Part shown: positions 12,619 through 26,100 of the stretch, piece after piece | How positions within the stretch are numbered: the stretch's first letter is position 1 | Layout: every line of letters begins with the position of its first letter | Source: Monocercomonoides exilis PA203 | Taxonomy: Eukaryota; Protista; Preaxostyla | Length of the DNA stretch: 64,000 bases | Reading direction: 5' to 3' | Assembly: GCA_001643675.2 (NCBI GenBank) | Contig: LSRY02000041.1 | Span: 62,001-126,000 of the forward strand | The notes under the pieces: model-generated | Database searches by the model: none | What the model saw: only the letters and a program-made list of their open reading frames with translations | Told to the model about the DNA's origin: nothing | Position numbers and translations under genes: made by a program

Positions 12619-14886
12619 TCAACTTGTTTTTGATCGTTTTGAAGAAGAAGATTTACTAGTTGCTGTAACTTCAATAACGTCATTCGACTCGCTTTCAAAC
12701 GCTTCCGGATTTCGAGCTTTATCTTCAGAATCGGCATCTTCCCTTTTCCTTTTCATTTGCTTCCATTCAGAGAGGGTAATCTCTTTAATAAAATCATCAT
12801 CATCTTGTTTGTGAGCAATGTGTTTTGTCTTGTGCTCTGCTTGCTCTGATTTTAATGGCTTAACCACAATTCTTCTTCTTGGAGTAATAACAGTACCTTT
12901 CGTATCACGAGCAAATGAGCCATCTCCACTGAAAAAAAAAAAAGAAAGAAAAAGAAAAAGAAAAAAGAAAATATTAAAAATCGATCAGAAAACAAAACGA
13001 TTATCAAAAAGCAAAAATAATAATAATAAAAAATCATATTTGTTAAAAAAAACGAATAATCAGAAATTTAGTTGAACGCAAACTATTTTGGAACATTTGT
13101 TGGAGGATATGATGGCATCATAGAAGCTGACTTGGCAATAGGAGACTCTCTGAAATATGGATGATTCAACGCCTCTTTCGCTGTCTGCAATTATGCAAAC
13201 ACATCATTTTTAAAAATAAAACACATATACACATAAGAATAAGTAATATAAAATCATAATAAAATATTATTCAAAATATGTCATTTGTTATTTTGCAAAC
13301 AATTCTTTTAGCAGGATCGAGACAGAGCAGCGACTCTAACAGATCAACACCCGAATGAGAAAGATTTGGAATAAACGTTTTTATTGAAGATCGACTACAC
13401 AAACAACGATTCGTCAAAGAAAGAATTATTCAAAAGAAATAAATCAATGATGATTTATTGCAAAGTCCAAATTCAAAAAATAAATAAATAAAAATAAAAT
13501 GAACAAGCAAAATGTCGATCACACTCGAAAAAGGGGATTGAAGCCACTTCCTTTGAGCTGCTCAGTTTTTCGAATTCTGGCCATGTCTCTTCTGTTGGTG
13601 TTCCCAAAACAGAAAAGATTTGTTGAAGCATTTCGATGTTGTCTCTTCCATTGAATGGCGGATGCCTCAAAAACAGCTCCGCAAAGATGCAACCAGCACC
13701 CCTAACAAATGCACAAAATAAACAAGTCAACATTAAAATAATAAAAATTCGTAAAATAATGAAAATAAAGAAAAACAATTTGTAAAATTAAACCAAATGT
13801 CGATTGGTGTTGAGTATTCCTCACTTCCCAATAAAAGTTCAGGAGGCCGATACCTTTAAATATCATAAATTTACAACAAAAAGAAAAATATTACAAAGAA
13901 AAATATGAACAATTACATATCAAAAAAGAATAAAAACCATAGTGTCACAACATCAGGCGTGTATAATTGTTCGTCATTATCAAATCCTCTTGCCAATCCT
14001 ACAAAATATGGACAAGAAAGAACAATGACATTATTTTCAATTAAAAAATTGTTTATTAACAAAAATCAGACATAAATATGAATTATGAAGTTAATTCAAA
14101 CCAAAGTCAGCCAATTTCAGATTTCCACTATTCGAATAAAGCAAATTCAGCATCTTCAGATCTCTAAATCACGAAATTAAAAAAATCAATAAAAAACAGG
14201 GGGAAAAAAAGCAACCTATGAAGAATCCATCGTTCATGAAGATATTGTAAAGCTGATAGCAATTGTATCATCAGACATTTAATCTCACTTTCAGTAAAAG
14301 GATGTTTCACTGTTACGATAAGCTCTGAAAGTGTATGCTCGCAAAATTCAAAATTAAGAAACATTCTTTTTTCATAATTTGTTCTTAAAATAAAAAACAA
14401 ATTTCATAAAACATACTCTGTTGCCTTGTAACCAACCACAACTTCCTTCAATTTAACAATATTTGGATGCTACAAAAACGGATAACTTTAAAATGCAGGA
14501 ACTTCACAAAATTCTACAAACGTCAATGGATTTGAGCATTTTTATTTCCCTCAGAAATGTCCATGGAATGCCATTTCTTTCTTCATCCATTTTCACTTGT
14601 TTCAGTGCAACAACAGAGCCATCATCTTTATCCAATGCCTTGTCTGAAAAATAAGCATAAAACCTCAAATCCTTAAACACAAAAAATCTACATACACACA
14701 ACTCCGTACGTCCCTTCTCCAATTACTCCAATAATATCAAATCTTTCGATGGATCGACATTTTCCAAGTTTATCTTCAGAACTTATGCTCGAAAAAAGCA
14801 CCTAAATTAAATGTTCGTTTATGATGTTATTAACATTTTCGAACAAATAAAAACAACTGAAAAACAACCTCAACATCATCACTCAT
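12619..14886 (-). CDS. Cyclin-dependent kinase, CDK10/CDK11-like, multi-exon
   Basis: Spliced motifs LGKCRSIERF..IGEGTYGVVYKA, VALKQVKMD, GIPWTFLREI, PFTESEIKCLMIQLL, ILHR|DLK, ADFG|LARGF, YTPDVVTLW|YRPPELLLG and MMPSYP. The last exon (12619-12928) joins in frame through intron 12929-13083. Confidence 0.9.
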
Positions 14887-15115
14887 TATATAATTATGGA
14901 ACATGAAATACCATAGTAAATTTTTCATTTGGACTTGAGAAAAATTGAGCTAATAACTGAAAATATCTAAAAGTTTAGAACGTATAAATATTATACAAAA
15001 GAATAACATTCATTTCTTAATTAGAAGTTGTTTTTTTGAATATTTTTTATTTGAAATTTGTTGTGATTTTTTTTTATTCTTAGAAAAACAATTATATCGC
15101 ATATACAATTGCCAA
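14887..15115. promoter_or_regulatory. Probable bidirectional promoter region between the CDK and SLC12 genes
   Basis: A 229-bp AT-rich gap separates head-to-head ATGs (14886 on minus, 15116 on plus). No specific motif identified. Confidence 0.45.
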
Positions 15116-18100
15116 ATGTCAAAAAAACTTGATGCCTTCACCGGAGTTTTCGTAATAGTTTTTATGCAGCTTTTTAGTTTGCACTCTTAGACATTAATTA
15201 TCCAAAGGATTGTTTATTCAAAATTTATAAAAGATGTTATTTACTTTGAGAAGCTTGGACAATCTGTTGGAGAAGCAGGATTTGGACTGTTTTTGTTAAT
15301 ATTAGTATTGAGTTTTCTTGCATGCACGCTTCCATTACTTTCTTTCAGTCAAATTGTTGGAACTGGCGATGTTTGAAATCGTTGTTTAATATTTGTAGAG
15401 CTAAATTTAGATTTAATCTTCAAACCTTTTCAGATGAAGAGCGGAGGAGCATATTATCTCATCTCTAGAACACTTGGTATGCATATGTTCTTGCTTTTCT
15501 TTTTCAACATTAAAATGAAATTTCATAACAGGACCCGAGGCTGGAATTTTGGTTGGTATAGCAATGTTCTTGTCAATTACATCAAGCTGTGCGATGAGTG
15601 TTATTGGATTTAAAGATTGCATCAGTTCATTTCTTTCTTCGACTCCAAATATTCCTCGCTTTTCTTTTTCAGAGCGATATTTTATATTTATTGGAATTGA
15701 AGTTGGGTTTTTAATAATCGCAATGGTGCTTTCTAGCGTTAAAACGCGGTATTACTCGAAAATAGTGACTGTTGCCTTTGGAGTTATTTCTATCATGATT
15801 GCATTTATAGCGATATATGTTTTGGCAAATGACTATAACACTGAAACTGGGGAGCCTTTGAGTAATGCAGATCCAAACAAAGACATTCAGCCGTCTTCGT
15901 GGGAATTGTTCAAAGAGAACTTCATACCACATTTCTTAAAGAACAACATCACCGAGTGGATCGGCCTTGGGCCGCAACAGCCGTCATTTGTGAGATGCAC
16001 TGGAAGACTTCTGCCTCTCTTCACTTCTGTTTATGCTGGACTCAATTTGTGCAACGAACTGCGAAATCCGGCGGCTGCTGTGGCGAAAGGGGGATTTTCA
16101 GCGTTGCTGCTTGTGCTTGTCATGTCTGTTATTATGGGTCTTATTTATTCCTGCAAAGTCAAATACAACGTGCTTTGTGATTTAAAAGGAGAGCCTTTAA
16201 ACGCCTTAAACCCAACAAAGACACAAAAAAAACTAAATAACTCTCCTCCTCCGCTGAGTGACTCATCATCATCAACTTCTTCATTTTTGTCTTCTCTCTC
16301 TGCAAAAGGCGACATTGTCCAGTCAGCAGTGGATGAGCACAGCATGCTTCTGTCTGTTCTGATCCACAAGGCAGTGTTTGGAGTGTGTGTGTGTGCTGTT
16401 GCGTTGTTCGGGAGTGTCACAGCTGCTGTGAATGCATCGAAGATTCTAAAGGGAATGGCCGACGATGAAGTCATCCCAGGCGGAAGATGGCTGAGCAAAG
16501 GAAGGCGGACAAGAAATGCAGAGAAAAGAATCTCAAACAAAAAAGAGAAAGATAACAGAAAAGAAGGGATAGAAAGGGAAGATGAATCGGAAGAGTTGAA
16601 TTGGCGTATTTCTCTTGTAACTGCAGTGGTTATTGTGCTGTTTCTGATCGTCGAACCATTCATCGGAGGAATCGATGTGATCGCTGCAATCACAAGTGTG
16701 TTTCATTTCTTTTATTAACTTGTCAAATTAATTGCTTTCAATTATCACTCTTTTTTTCGAAAACTTCAATATACACATTAATCTGAAATTTCATTTTAAT
16801 TTTTCTTTTTATTCAAATCCTTCTCATTTATTATTTCTCATTTTTCTTTTTTTTCTCCACAATTTGTAGGTCTCCTCTCCTTGTTCTGCTATCTAATGAT
16901 CTGCATCTCTGCCCTCATCCACACTCTCATCGGTGCTCCCAACTGGCGTTCGTCTTTTCGCCACAACAGCGTCATCCGCTCTGTCAGTGGAGCACTCATC
17001 TCGGTGGTGATGATGATTGTCTGCCAGCCACTCATTGCAGGTGTAGCACTGCTGATTGGAGTGAGCCTGATGGTGCTGCTGTCAGCACTGGACTCGTCAG
17101 AGAAGAGGAAAAGGAAGTGGAAGGAGAGGAAGGAGGAGAGGATGATGAAGTGGAGGAGGAGGAGAGAAGAGAAGGAGAGGAGGAAGATGGAGAAGATGAA
17201 TAGAAAGAGGAAGAAGAATGAAGGTGATGAGAAAGATCAAAAGATTGATGGCAAAGTGGATAAAGCACATGAAGAAGAGGATTTAAAACGCAGAACGATT
17301 GCATCAGAGTCAAAAAGTTCTATGTGGAAGGAAGAGGCCGAAGAAGAAGAGGAAGAGGAAGAGGAAGGAGTGGAAATGAATCGTCTTTCGCAATCGTTCT
17401 TCTTCCACCAGGCAAGAGAACAGCTGCTGAGATTGAGAGGACACAACCATCTGAAACATTGGCGACCAAACTTTTTGTACTTTCTGGAGACAGAAAGTGT
17501 GCAAGAGTGGGATGCGATCAGTGATTCAGAGGGAGATGAAGATGAAGACGAAGAAGAAGATGATGATGAAGTTGAAGAAGTGACGCGAAATGAGAAGAGT
17601 CCGAATGAAAAAAGAGGCAAACAAGGACATGACGGTTCATCCAAAGGCAAAGAAAGCAAGATGAACGATGTGTTTGAGTCAGACAGCGACATCAATGAAA
17701 CAAACACTCACAATCTTCAAAGCAAACAGAAGAAGATTCGAAGCAAAGAAGACAAAGCAGAAACAGCAAAGCATTCAAATTACACAAACAAAGATTCATT
17801 TTATGGATCTTCTGAAAATGCTGATAATTTGAATCCAAACGAAGAAGTTCTGCTTCTTTTGAGGAACCCTCCGTGTTATGCATCACCTTTCATATCTCCT
17901 TATGCTGCATTCAATCCACTCCAGTCGATGCGATTGGGAGCAACAAGCAATCTAAGAATAGCAAACAAAAAAGCTTATCATCCTTCTCCTTCAGCTGTGG
18001 CACTGCTGAGAGAAGTGGCATCGCAGTCTGCGTCGGCTGCAATTGGCATTCTGAACACAATGAAGAAGGGAGGGCTACTGGTAATTGCTCGTACGATCAT

Positions 18101-21100
18101 CCAGCCAAAACGGACAACACATCATTTGAATGCGAAGGAGAAGGAAAAGAAGAAGGAGATTATGAAGATGAAGAAAGAGAATGAGTTTCATTTCTCTTTG
18201 GGGAAGTTTGATTCAACAGCCACTTTGACATCGACATCTTCCTCCTTCGCTTTCTCCCCCTCCTCTGACACACTGAATGACTCTGCTGCCTCCTCTGCCC
18301 TGTCTTCTTCGTCGTATGCGCCTTCCTCTTTATCATTTGCTGTGATGGACACGATTGCCCACCACGAACAAGAGACGCTGGACTTCATTCACCAGCACGA
18401 TCTGAAGGCATTCTCCACAATCACTCTTGCTCCTTCCCTTCAGAGTGGTGTGCAGACTCTTCTACTGTCACAGGGCATCGGAATGATGAAGGCAAACACG
18501 TGTGTATTTCAACTGCCCTCGTTCGATGAGAATGGAGTGAACAAAGTGAAGAAGTATCTATTCTCAAAAAGGAACAGAAAATTTGATCAGAATAAAAAGG
18601 GAATTTCACATTCAAATACACAGCAGGACAGAAAGATGAGCAAAAAAGAGCATTCCACTTCTTCTTTCTCTTCTTTCTATTCCTCGACAAACTTATCACA
18701 GAACTCAAAATCCCAGACATCACCTTCTGATTCATTGAATGTGTCAGCAGACGATGAAGCAGCAGAAGAATATCACTCATCTCCAATTTATGCAGCACAG
18801 TTTCCAACAGTCGAGTCATTCGTGTCCACACTGTCGGATGTGGCTGTTGCGGGGCATCATCTCATCATCCACACACACAACTTAGCCAACCTCGCAAAAC
18901 GGAAGAAGTCAAAAAAGAACTCAAAAAGCAAGCTCAATTTCGGAGGAAACAGTTTTGGTAAAAACAGCAATAGAAAAGAAACCAATTCGAATTCACTCCA
19001 ATCCTCTCAGTTTTCATCTACAAGCTATTCTTCTCTTCAGCCATCGAACTCACCTGGCTATCCAACATACTCGTCACTCGTCACATCGCCCGTTGGAAAT
19101 CCAGCAACCTCTCCGAATTCCTCTCCATTTGACATCTCATTAGATCCATCTATCTACTCATCCTCTTCCTCTTCCTCATCTTCATTCGCTCCTGTCTCTC
19201 CTTCTGATCTACCTGTTGCCACTGCTTTCTCTCTCAACAACGACGATGTTGATTGTTATGCCTCTTATCTGATGAGCGACACAGAAAACGACTCAACAGA
19301 CGATTTGAGCTTCCAAACACGCAGAAGAAATGTGCAGAAACAAGGAAAAAGTGGAGTGAGAGGAGATTCTGTCCATTTCAACAGGGCAAATGAGAATCAG
19401 ATGACGAACAAAACACATTCACCAAAAAGAGAATTGAAGAATGACTTGCTTTCTGCCAATAATCAGTCTCATCCCAAAAGGAAGCAGAAAGCATGGGATG
19501 CCTCTGCCACCAGTGAAGGAACGCCTCTTTTGAATGCACCACAATCATCTTCAAAGATGACTCAATATTCTTCCTCTTCTTCTTCGTCGTCTTCATCGTC
19601 TTCTTCCTCTGACTCATTCAACAGAACCAATTCTTCTCTTTCTGTTGGCTCAAATGTGTCGCTTGTCTCAATCACCAACAATCCTGTTCTTCAGCAGTCT
19701 TCAAAGAACTCTTCTTCCCAACAACCCTTAGCCGCCTCATCACCCCCTGTGCTCCCATCGTCTTTGCCTTCTTCCCATTCACTTGCCATCTCCTCCCTTC
19801 AATCTCCATATCCTGTTCCCATTCAACAATCATCTCCTTCTCCTTCTCTGTCTCCTTCCTCTTCTCTGCACAGCCCCTTCTCCTCATCCAACAGCAATTC
19901 TTCCTCCTCTTCTCTTCACTCTCGCCCATCCCATTCATCCTCTTTCCTCTCCTTCTCTGCTGTTCCTCGCCCCTTGTCGTATTCTGGAATGGTTGTCCCT
20001 CCTTTTCTGTCTGCCCAGCCAAAGACATTTGTCGACGTTTGGCTTCCATTCGACTCCATCATCTGCACTTCAAACAAGAAATCTCCTTTTGCCACTTCTC
20101 AATTCTCGTTCGATGACTCCCCCTTTTTGCATCGCTTTTACAGAGACTATCAAAGACAATCACAGACATTCAGTGGAATTAGCCAAGAGTTAAATAATGT
20201 TTATTCATCATCATCATCATCATCTTCTTCTTCTTCTTCTTCTTCGACATCTTCTTATTCTTCTGGCTCATTTGCTCGCAGTCGCCCAGCCATCAAAATA
20301 CATCCGCCTCATCTTCACATCTCTTCTGATGACAGCATGGCATCTATCCCTTCATCTCCTGTGCTTCATGACCCAATGTCATTGACTGCTTCGTCTTCTG
20401 CTTCTTCTTTGCCTGACTCTGCTTCTCGCACCAATTTGGATGCATCAAAAGAAGCAGAAAAGGAAGAGGACAAATACGTAGCATCGCTGACTGATCAGGA
20501 ATATTACGGTGTTTCTCTATCTCCATCAGCCTCGCTTGCCCTGCTGCTGGCGCATGTGCTGCTCCATCGGCCGAAATGGAAGCAGCTGCAGATGAGAGCA
20601 CGGCTTATCCTGCCATTCAGAGAGGAGTGGGTGGATGAAGAAGAAGATGGCATTGGTGAGGAGAGGGGAATGACACAAGATGCATTTGAAGGAGAAGAAA
20701 ATAAAGACAAAAACAGAAATGAGGATGAGAAGATTAAGGATCATGAGCAGAAGTCTGATAAGACGAAAAACGAAGCAAACACACAGGAGAAGAAAGAAGA
20801 AAGAGAAAGCTCAGAGGCAAAAGGAAAAGATAAAGATGCAGACGGAGATGATGATGGAGACAATGATGAATCGGATGATGAAGAAGACGAAGAAGATTCC
20901 AGCTACAGCGACTCCGACGGCGATTCAGAAAGCTCAGCGCTTTCATCAAACTCGATTGACCAGAGTTTGGTCTTGCAAGATCCAGCACTTCTTGTGTCAC
21001 CCACGTCTCATCCGCAAAACATAAGTGACATTTCATCTCAACATTCTCCTTCCTCCTCCTCCTCTTCCTCCTCCTCTGCATCATCTTCTGCCTCACAGAC

Positions 21101-22409
21101 AATACCATCTCAATCAGCAGGGCAGCATCAGACAGAAGGAGCAGACGCTGAACAAAACCAGATTGTGCACAGAACGAAAGCAAATGAAGGATTGGTTGCT
21201 TTGCTGAATGGAGGCACAGAAAGCGCAATGAACATGCTTCTTGAGTCAGAAGACAGGAAAAAAAGGAGAAGGAAGGAAAGGAAAGAACGAGAGAGTCGGA
21301 GAAGAAAGAGAAAAGAAGAGAAAAAATCGAAACTTGCTGCAGACAAGAAAGAAGCTGAGGAAGGAAACGAAAAGGATGAAGAGGAAAAAGCAACTGCTTC
21401 ATCAACTTCTCCAAGTTCCGTGTCATCTGACCACTCAGAAGAAAAGGCAACACAAAAAGAGAGTGTTCCATCGTCCTCTTTGCCTGAGACAGCATCTGAT
21501 CTTCAGTCATCTTCCACAAAGACATCTGCAAAGCGAAAAGTTCGTCGGGTCAATTGCGATCTGACTGAACAGCACAAAATGCTTGCGATGATTCTTCTGT
21601 CACATCTTTTGGAGAAGCTCCGGATTGAAGCGATGGTTGATGTTGTCTGCCTTCCGAAACTGGCAACAGGAAAGGCAACAAGCAGCGATTCATCTTCTTC
21701 TCAGTCTCTTTCCTCAAGTTCTGTTTCGAGTGGCCTTTCTGCTCAATCTTCAAGCAGATCATCTGAAGGCAGCTTTACTTCAGATGTTCCGCCGTCTGTG
21801 CTGATAAGTGCCCACAACACAGTCATCAAATACAACTCAGCAAGAACAGTCCTTTCTCTCTATGCACTCACACTGCCTTGTCTGTCACCAGCACGGCTGA
21901 GGGCAGAGGAGGAGCAGCGGCAGAAGTCGCTTCGGAGATCAGATGAACGCAGACAGCAGCGGAGACTGAGAGAAAGAGAGAGAGATTGGATGCTGAGGGA
22001 ACAGCAGCTGTGGATGGCCATCAAGGGAGAGGCGAATGGGCTGTACATCGATGGCATTGGGGTAGATAGGATTGTGAAGAGCGAGCTGGCTACGAGCACA
22101 GCAGGAGGAGGAGGCGATGGAAGAGAAGGGAGCAGAAGCAACGTGAATTTCCAGAGCAAACAGGGAGACAGTTCGAGGGGCAAGCAAATAGCAAGCGATG
22201 TGGAAGACGATGATGAGAGAGAGAGGATGGTTGAACGAGAAAGAGACTTGAGAGATGCGCGAGAGAGAAAAGAAGAGATTGAATTGATTGAAGCAGAAGA
22301 CAGGCTGAAAAGGTTCAACTATGTTTCTCTTCTCCACCAGCTTGTTAACGGCCTTCCTCCTGCCATGCTTGTCTTTGCATCGTCAATCGTGACCACTGCT
22401 GAAATGTGA
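15116..22409 (+). CDS. SLC12 / cation-chloride cotransporter family (SLC12A9/Vhc1-like) with large low-complexity insertions
   Basis: Spliced N-terminus MSKKLDAFTGVF...LGQSVGEAG...GGAYYLISRTL|GPEAG, followed by ELRNP, APNWRSSFR, LKHWRPNFL, MKKGGLLVI, GVQTLLLSQGIGMMKANT and terminal LPPAMLV...IVTTAEM. These motifs are in SLC12 order. Confidence 0.88.
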
Positions 22410-22530
22410 TGAGTGATCATAACAAGAAATTAATTCATTTCACCCTAAGTTTATTTATTTATTATTTATAAATCAATTTGCATTTTCTTTTTGTCATTTT
22501 TTTGAGAAAAAATGTTCTCTTAGCCATATC

Positions 22531-22558
<28 letters not shown>
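22531..22558 (+). repeat. Poly-T tract
   Basis: About 28 consecutive T downstream of the SLC12 stop. Confidence 0.9.
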
Positions 22559-22561
<3 letters not shown>

Positions 22562-23126
22562 TTAGGAAACATTTTCCAAAGAGAGAAAGAATTCAGCATT
22601 GATTTTAGTTCAATCATTCAAATAATAACTATTTTTCTTGATATTCTTTGACAGAGTGATTAATGCTAACTGAAATAATTCTTAATTCATGAAAATGCAT
22701 TTTTGACGTCCCTCATTAAGTATTTGGACATTTTATCCAAAAAAAGAAAAATGTCACTGATCTATTATAGAATTTAACATTGATCTCTCATTTTCTAAAA
22801 CATGAAGAAATTTTTGATTTTAGTTTGAAATGGAAAAAACGAATGTGAAAAACCCCAATTATAATTAGTAGAATAAAAATAATTTATTAACTAATGAGAT
22901 AAATTAAAATTTAAATGTGAAGTCAGTTTTTATAGAAAAATGAAAATGATAGAGATTAATCTTTTGTTGTTTTTGTGTTAAGTGAAATGAATAAATTGAA
23001 ATGATATCAGTGATAATGCTTATACATGTTTTTTCATAATTTAATTTAAAGAAATCTTTCGTTTAGAAAAATAAAATATTTTGTTCGAGATTATTTTTTT
23101 GTTTAAATTTATTGTGGTTATAATGA

Positions 23127-26100
23127 ATGAACAAAAAAATGAAATTGTCTGTCATTAAAGCAATTGATCACTTCATAAAGCATGCGCAAGAAAGCAATGA
23201 AGCTCATATATTTCTTTCAGAAATGTATTATCTTCTTCTTAAAGAGTCCTTTGCGCATCATGGTGACCAATTAACATGTCAAATTTCAGAACAGCAATTT
23301 TTCAAAAATTGTAAACTCGTGGATGAACTGTTAAAAACACTTTTTACTCATGGAAGTCCTGAATGCTTATTTCCATCTCAAGCTCAATACCGAAAGCTTG
23401 GACAAATAGGTTTGAAATTTCCGATATGCTCATATGATAATGCTATTATTTGTTGTTTTGCAATAATGTTTTCAAAACTTTAATCTTTAGTTTATCCTTC
23501 AATGCCCCTTCGAAGCGGTATTGTTGTTAACAATTCAATTGGCTCTCACCTCATATTTGGAGGAAGATGGCAATTTGAAGCAACTCTTTTGAGCCATGGA
23601 GACATTGGAATTGGTATTATTAAACGAAGAAAAGAAAATGAATCTGAAAACAAAATGCTTTCTATGCTTTACCGTCCATTTTTTGGTGAATCAACAAACT
23701 CGGTAATGAATCCAACTTTTCATGATTGTTGCGTGATTGGCGATGTTATCGGAGTTCGAATCGATTTTGTTCAAAACACAGCAGCAAATGAAAGAGAATA
23801 TATCTCGCCCTTTTACTCATCTCAAGGAATTGAATCAGTAAATTCACATCATCAATTTTTAGATCCAATTGTTCCAAAACACTTTGGCTCAATTGAATTT
23901 TTTAGAAATGGAATTTCACTGGGTCCCGCTTTTGAAAATATTGACGTTGAACCATTTGTGGAATTTTATTCAACGTGCATTCATATGGAGCAGGGCTGCA
24001 GCGTTTTTGTGAATTACGGGTTTGAGATTTGCAAATAGGAGATTTTACTTTTTTTCTTCCTTGCTTGATATGGAATTGCGTTTCTTTTGGGAATTACCCT
24101 TTGGCAATTTAATAATTAATTTTTTTTTATTTGTTATTTTTGACTCCTTATATTTCTTTTTTTGTAATTTAGAGACATACCGTTTCGTTATCCTCTTCCT
24201 GATTGCATACCAATTCTTCTTCCTCCTCCTGCGCCTTCTCTTCGTTGTGTAGATGTTCTATTCACATATTTTACTACACTCCTCGCAAATGTCATCAACA
24301 ATGATTCTTTGGCTTCTCCTGAGAAGAATCAACAATCTATTGATTCGAAGATGAGTCCTACTGCTGATGAAACTGCTCATCCTCCACAGCTTCAGAAGTC
24401 AAATGAAGAATCCTCTGAAAGCAAGCCGGAAACTTTTCATTCAACCCAAGACTTTCCTTTGCAATCTTCATCAGATGCTACTTCTTCTGCAGATGACTTA
24501 TCTGCGATCTTGACTGAAGTACTTTCTCATCCTCTTCCCCTTCCACTTCGTCATCTTCTTTCTCATCTTGTCCATTTCTTTTCTTCTTCGTCTCTTTTCA
24601 TCACATCCCACTTTCTTGTTCCTTGGCTATCAAACCTTGTCTCATCCTCAGTCAATGATACAGTTGCCTCTTTTATTCAAAATCTTTCTCCTTTTAACGT
24701 GAATGGATCGCTTAAAAACGCATTTTCGAATCCAATTATGACTGTCTCGAAGAATTCTGATGTTTGGACTTGCTTTTCATCGGCTGACGCTCCTTATTGG
24801 ATTGCCTCATTCAACGAGAGCAATCCATCAAACAGCCTTTCATTCACTTTTTCTCAACTTTTACGCACTTCACTGAATCAGAAAGAACTTAATGATGCAT
24901 CATCTCTCCTCTTTCACACAATCCCTGAGTCAGTGCCACTTTATCCGAAACCTTCTTCCATTTCTTCTTCATCGTCATCTTCTGCTGCTGCTGCTCTATC
25001 ATATTTTGAAAGAGCTGGTGTTGTGATGCATGACTGGGACGATGAATATCAGGATACCGTTTATATCAGACGAAACCACGAAATGCACCACAAAGTGATG
25101 TCTTCATCTGAAAATGGCATCTCATCCAAATCTTCTTCAAAGTGCAGAAAACGAACAATTTCTGACTCTTCTGAGAATAATGAAGATACAGCCGATGAAG
25201 AAAGAAGCGATGAAAAGCACCATATACACAAAAGCAAGCACATTGCACATCATTCAGAAGGGAACAAGTTGAATGCTGTAGAGAAGCTGGACATAAGCCA
25301 ACTGAAGCGCCGAATTGGCAGTGTGCTTGCAATCAAGCGAGTGAAAGAGATGAAAGAAGAAAGACGGCTGAAACGAGGGAAAAGGCCGCCATTTGAACGG
25401 CTGTGGATTGTGAGAGACGAAGTGGAAAGAGTGTGGAAAAAGGCAATGGGCAGAAATACAACAAATAACAGGCAGAAAAACAGAAACAGACACAAATTCA
25501 CTTCTGCCTTTGCATCTGCTCAGCCACAGATTGATTTTCTATACAAACAGTTATTCTCTTCAATTCCTTCTGGTTCGGCTTCTTCGTCTTCTTCTTCTTC
25601 TTCTTCTGAAATTGAAAGCACTGCTAATAATTCCAGCTGCTCATTAGAATCACATCATTTATCTTCAAATCAAAAGTCACTCAGCTTCATCTCTCAAGCA
25701 GAAACTCTCTCAAAGCAAACTTTCATTTCACTTTCTGATTCACTCGACAAGGAGACAATATGCTCATATCTACCTCTTGTTCTGCGGATGGTGTATTTCT
25801 ATCCAATCTGCCATTATTTCTCGCTGTCTCCGATGCAAATGCTGCGGAAGGCGCAAAGAAGGCGGCAAAAAGAATTGGCAAAGCAAAAAAAGTTGGAAAG
25901 AAAAGAAGCCAAAAGAAGGCAGAAAAAGGAGAAGGCTACGAAAAAGTTGATCGGAAATTTGAATAAAAAAACAACGAAAAAAACTGCATTAGTCAGCAAA
26001 GTTTTGCAGTCAAAATCTAAACATAATGTTGAAAAGAAGGGAAAAGAACATAAAACTACTCATCAATTGCCTGCATCATCTTCTTCATCCTCTTCCTCTT

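Noticed and set aside
12619-12867. Separate small gene (82-aa ORF)
   Set aside because: It splices in frame onto the CDK gene as its last exon.
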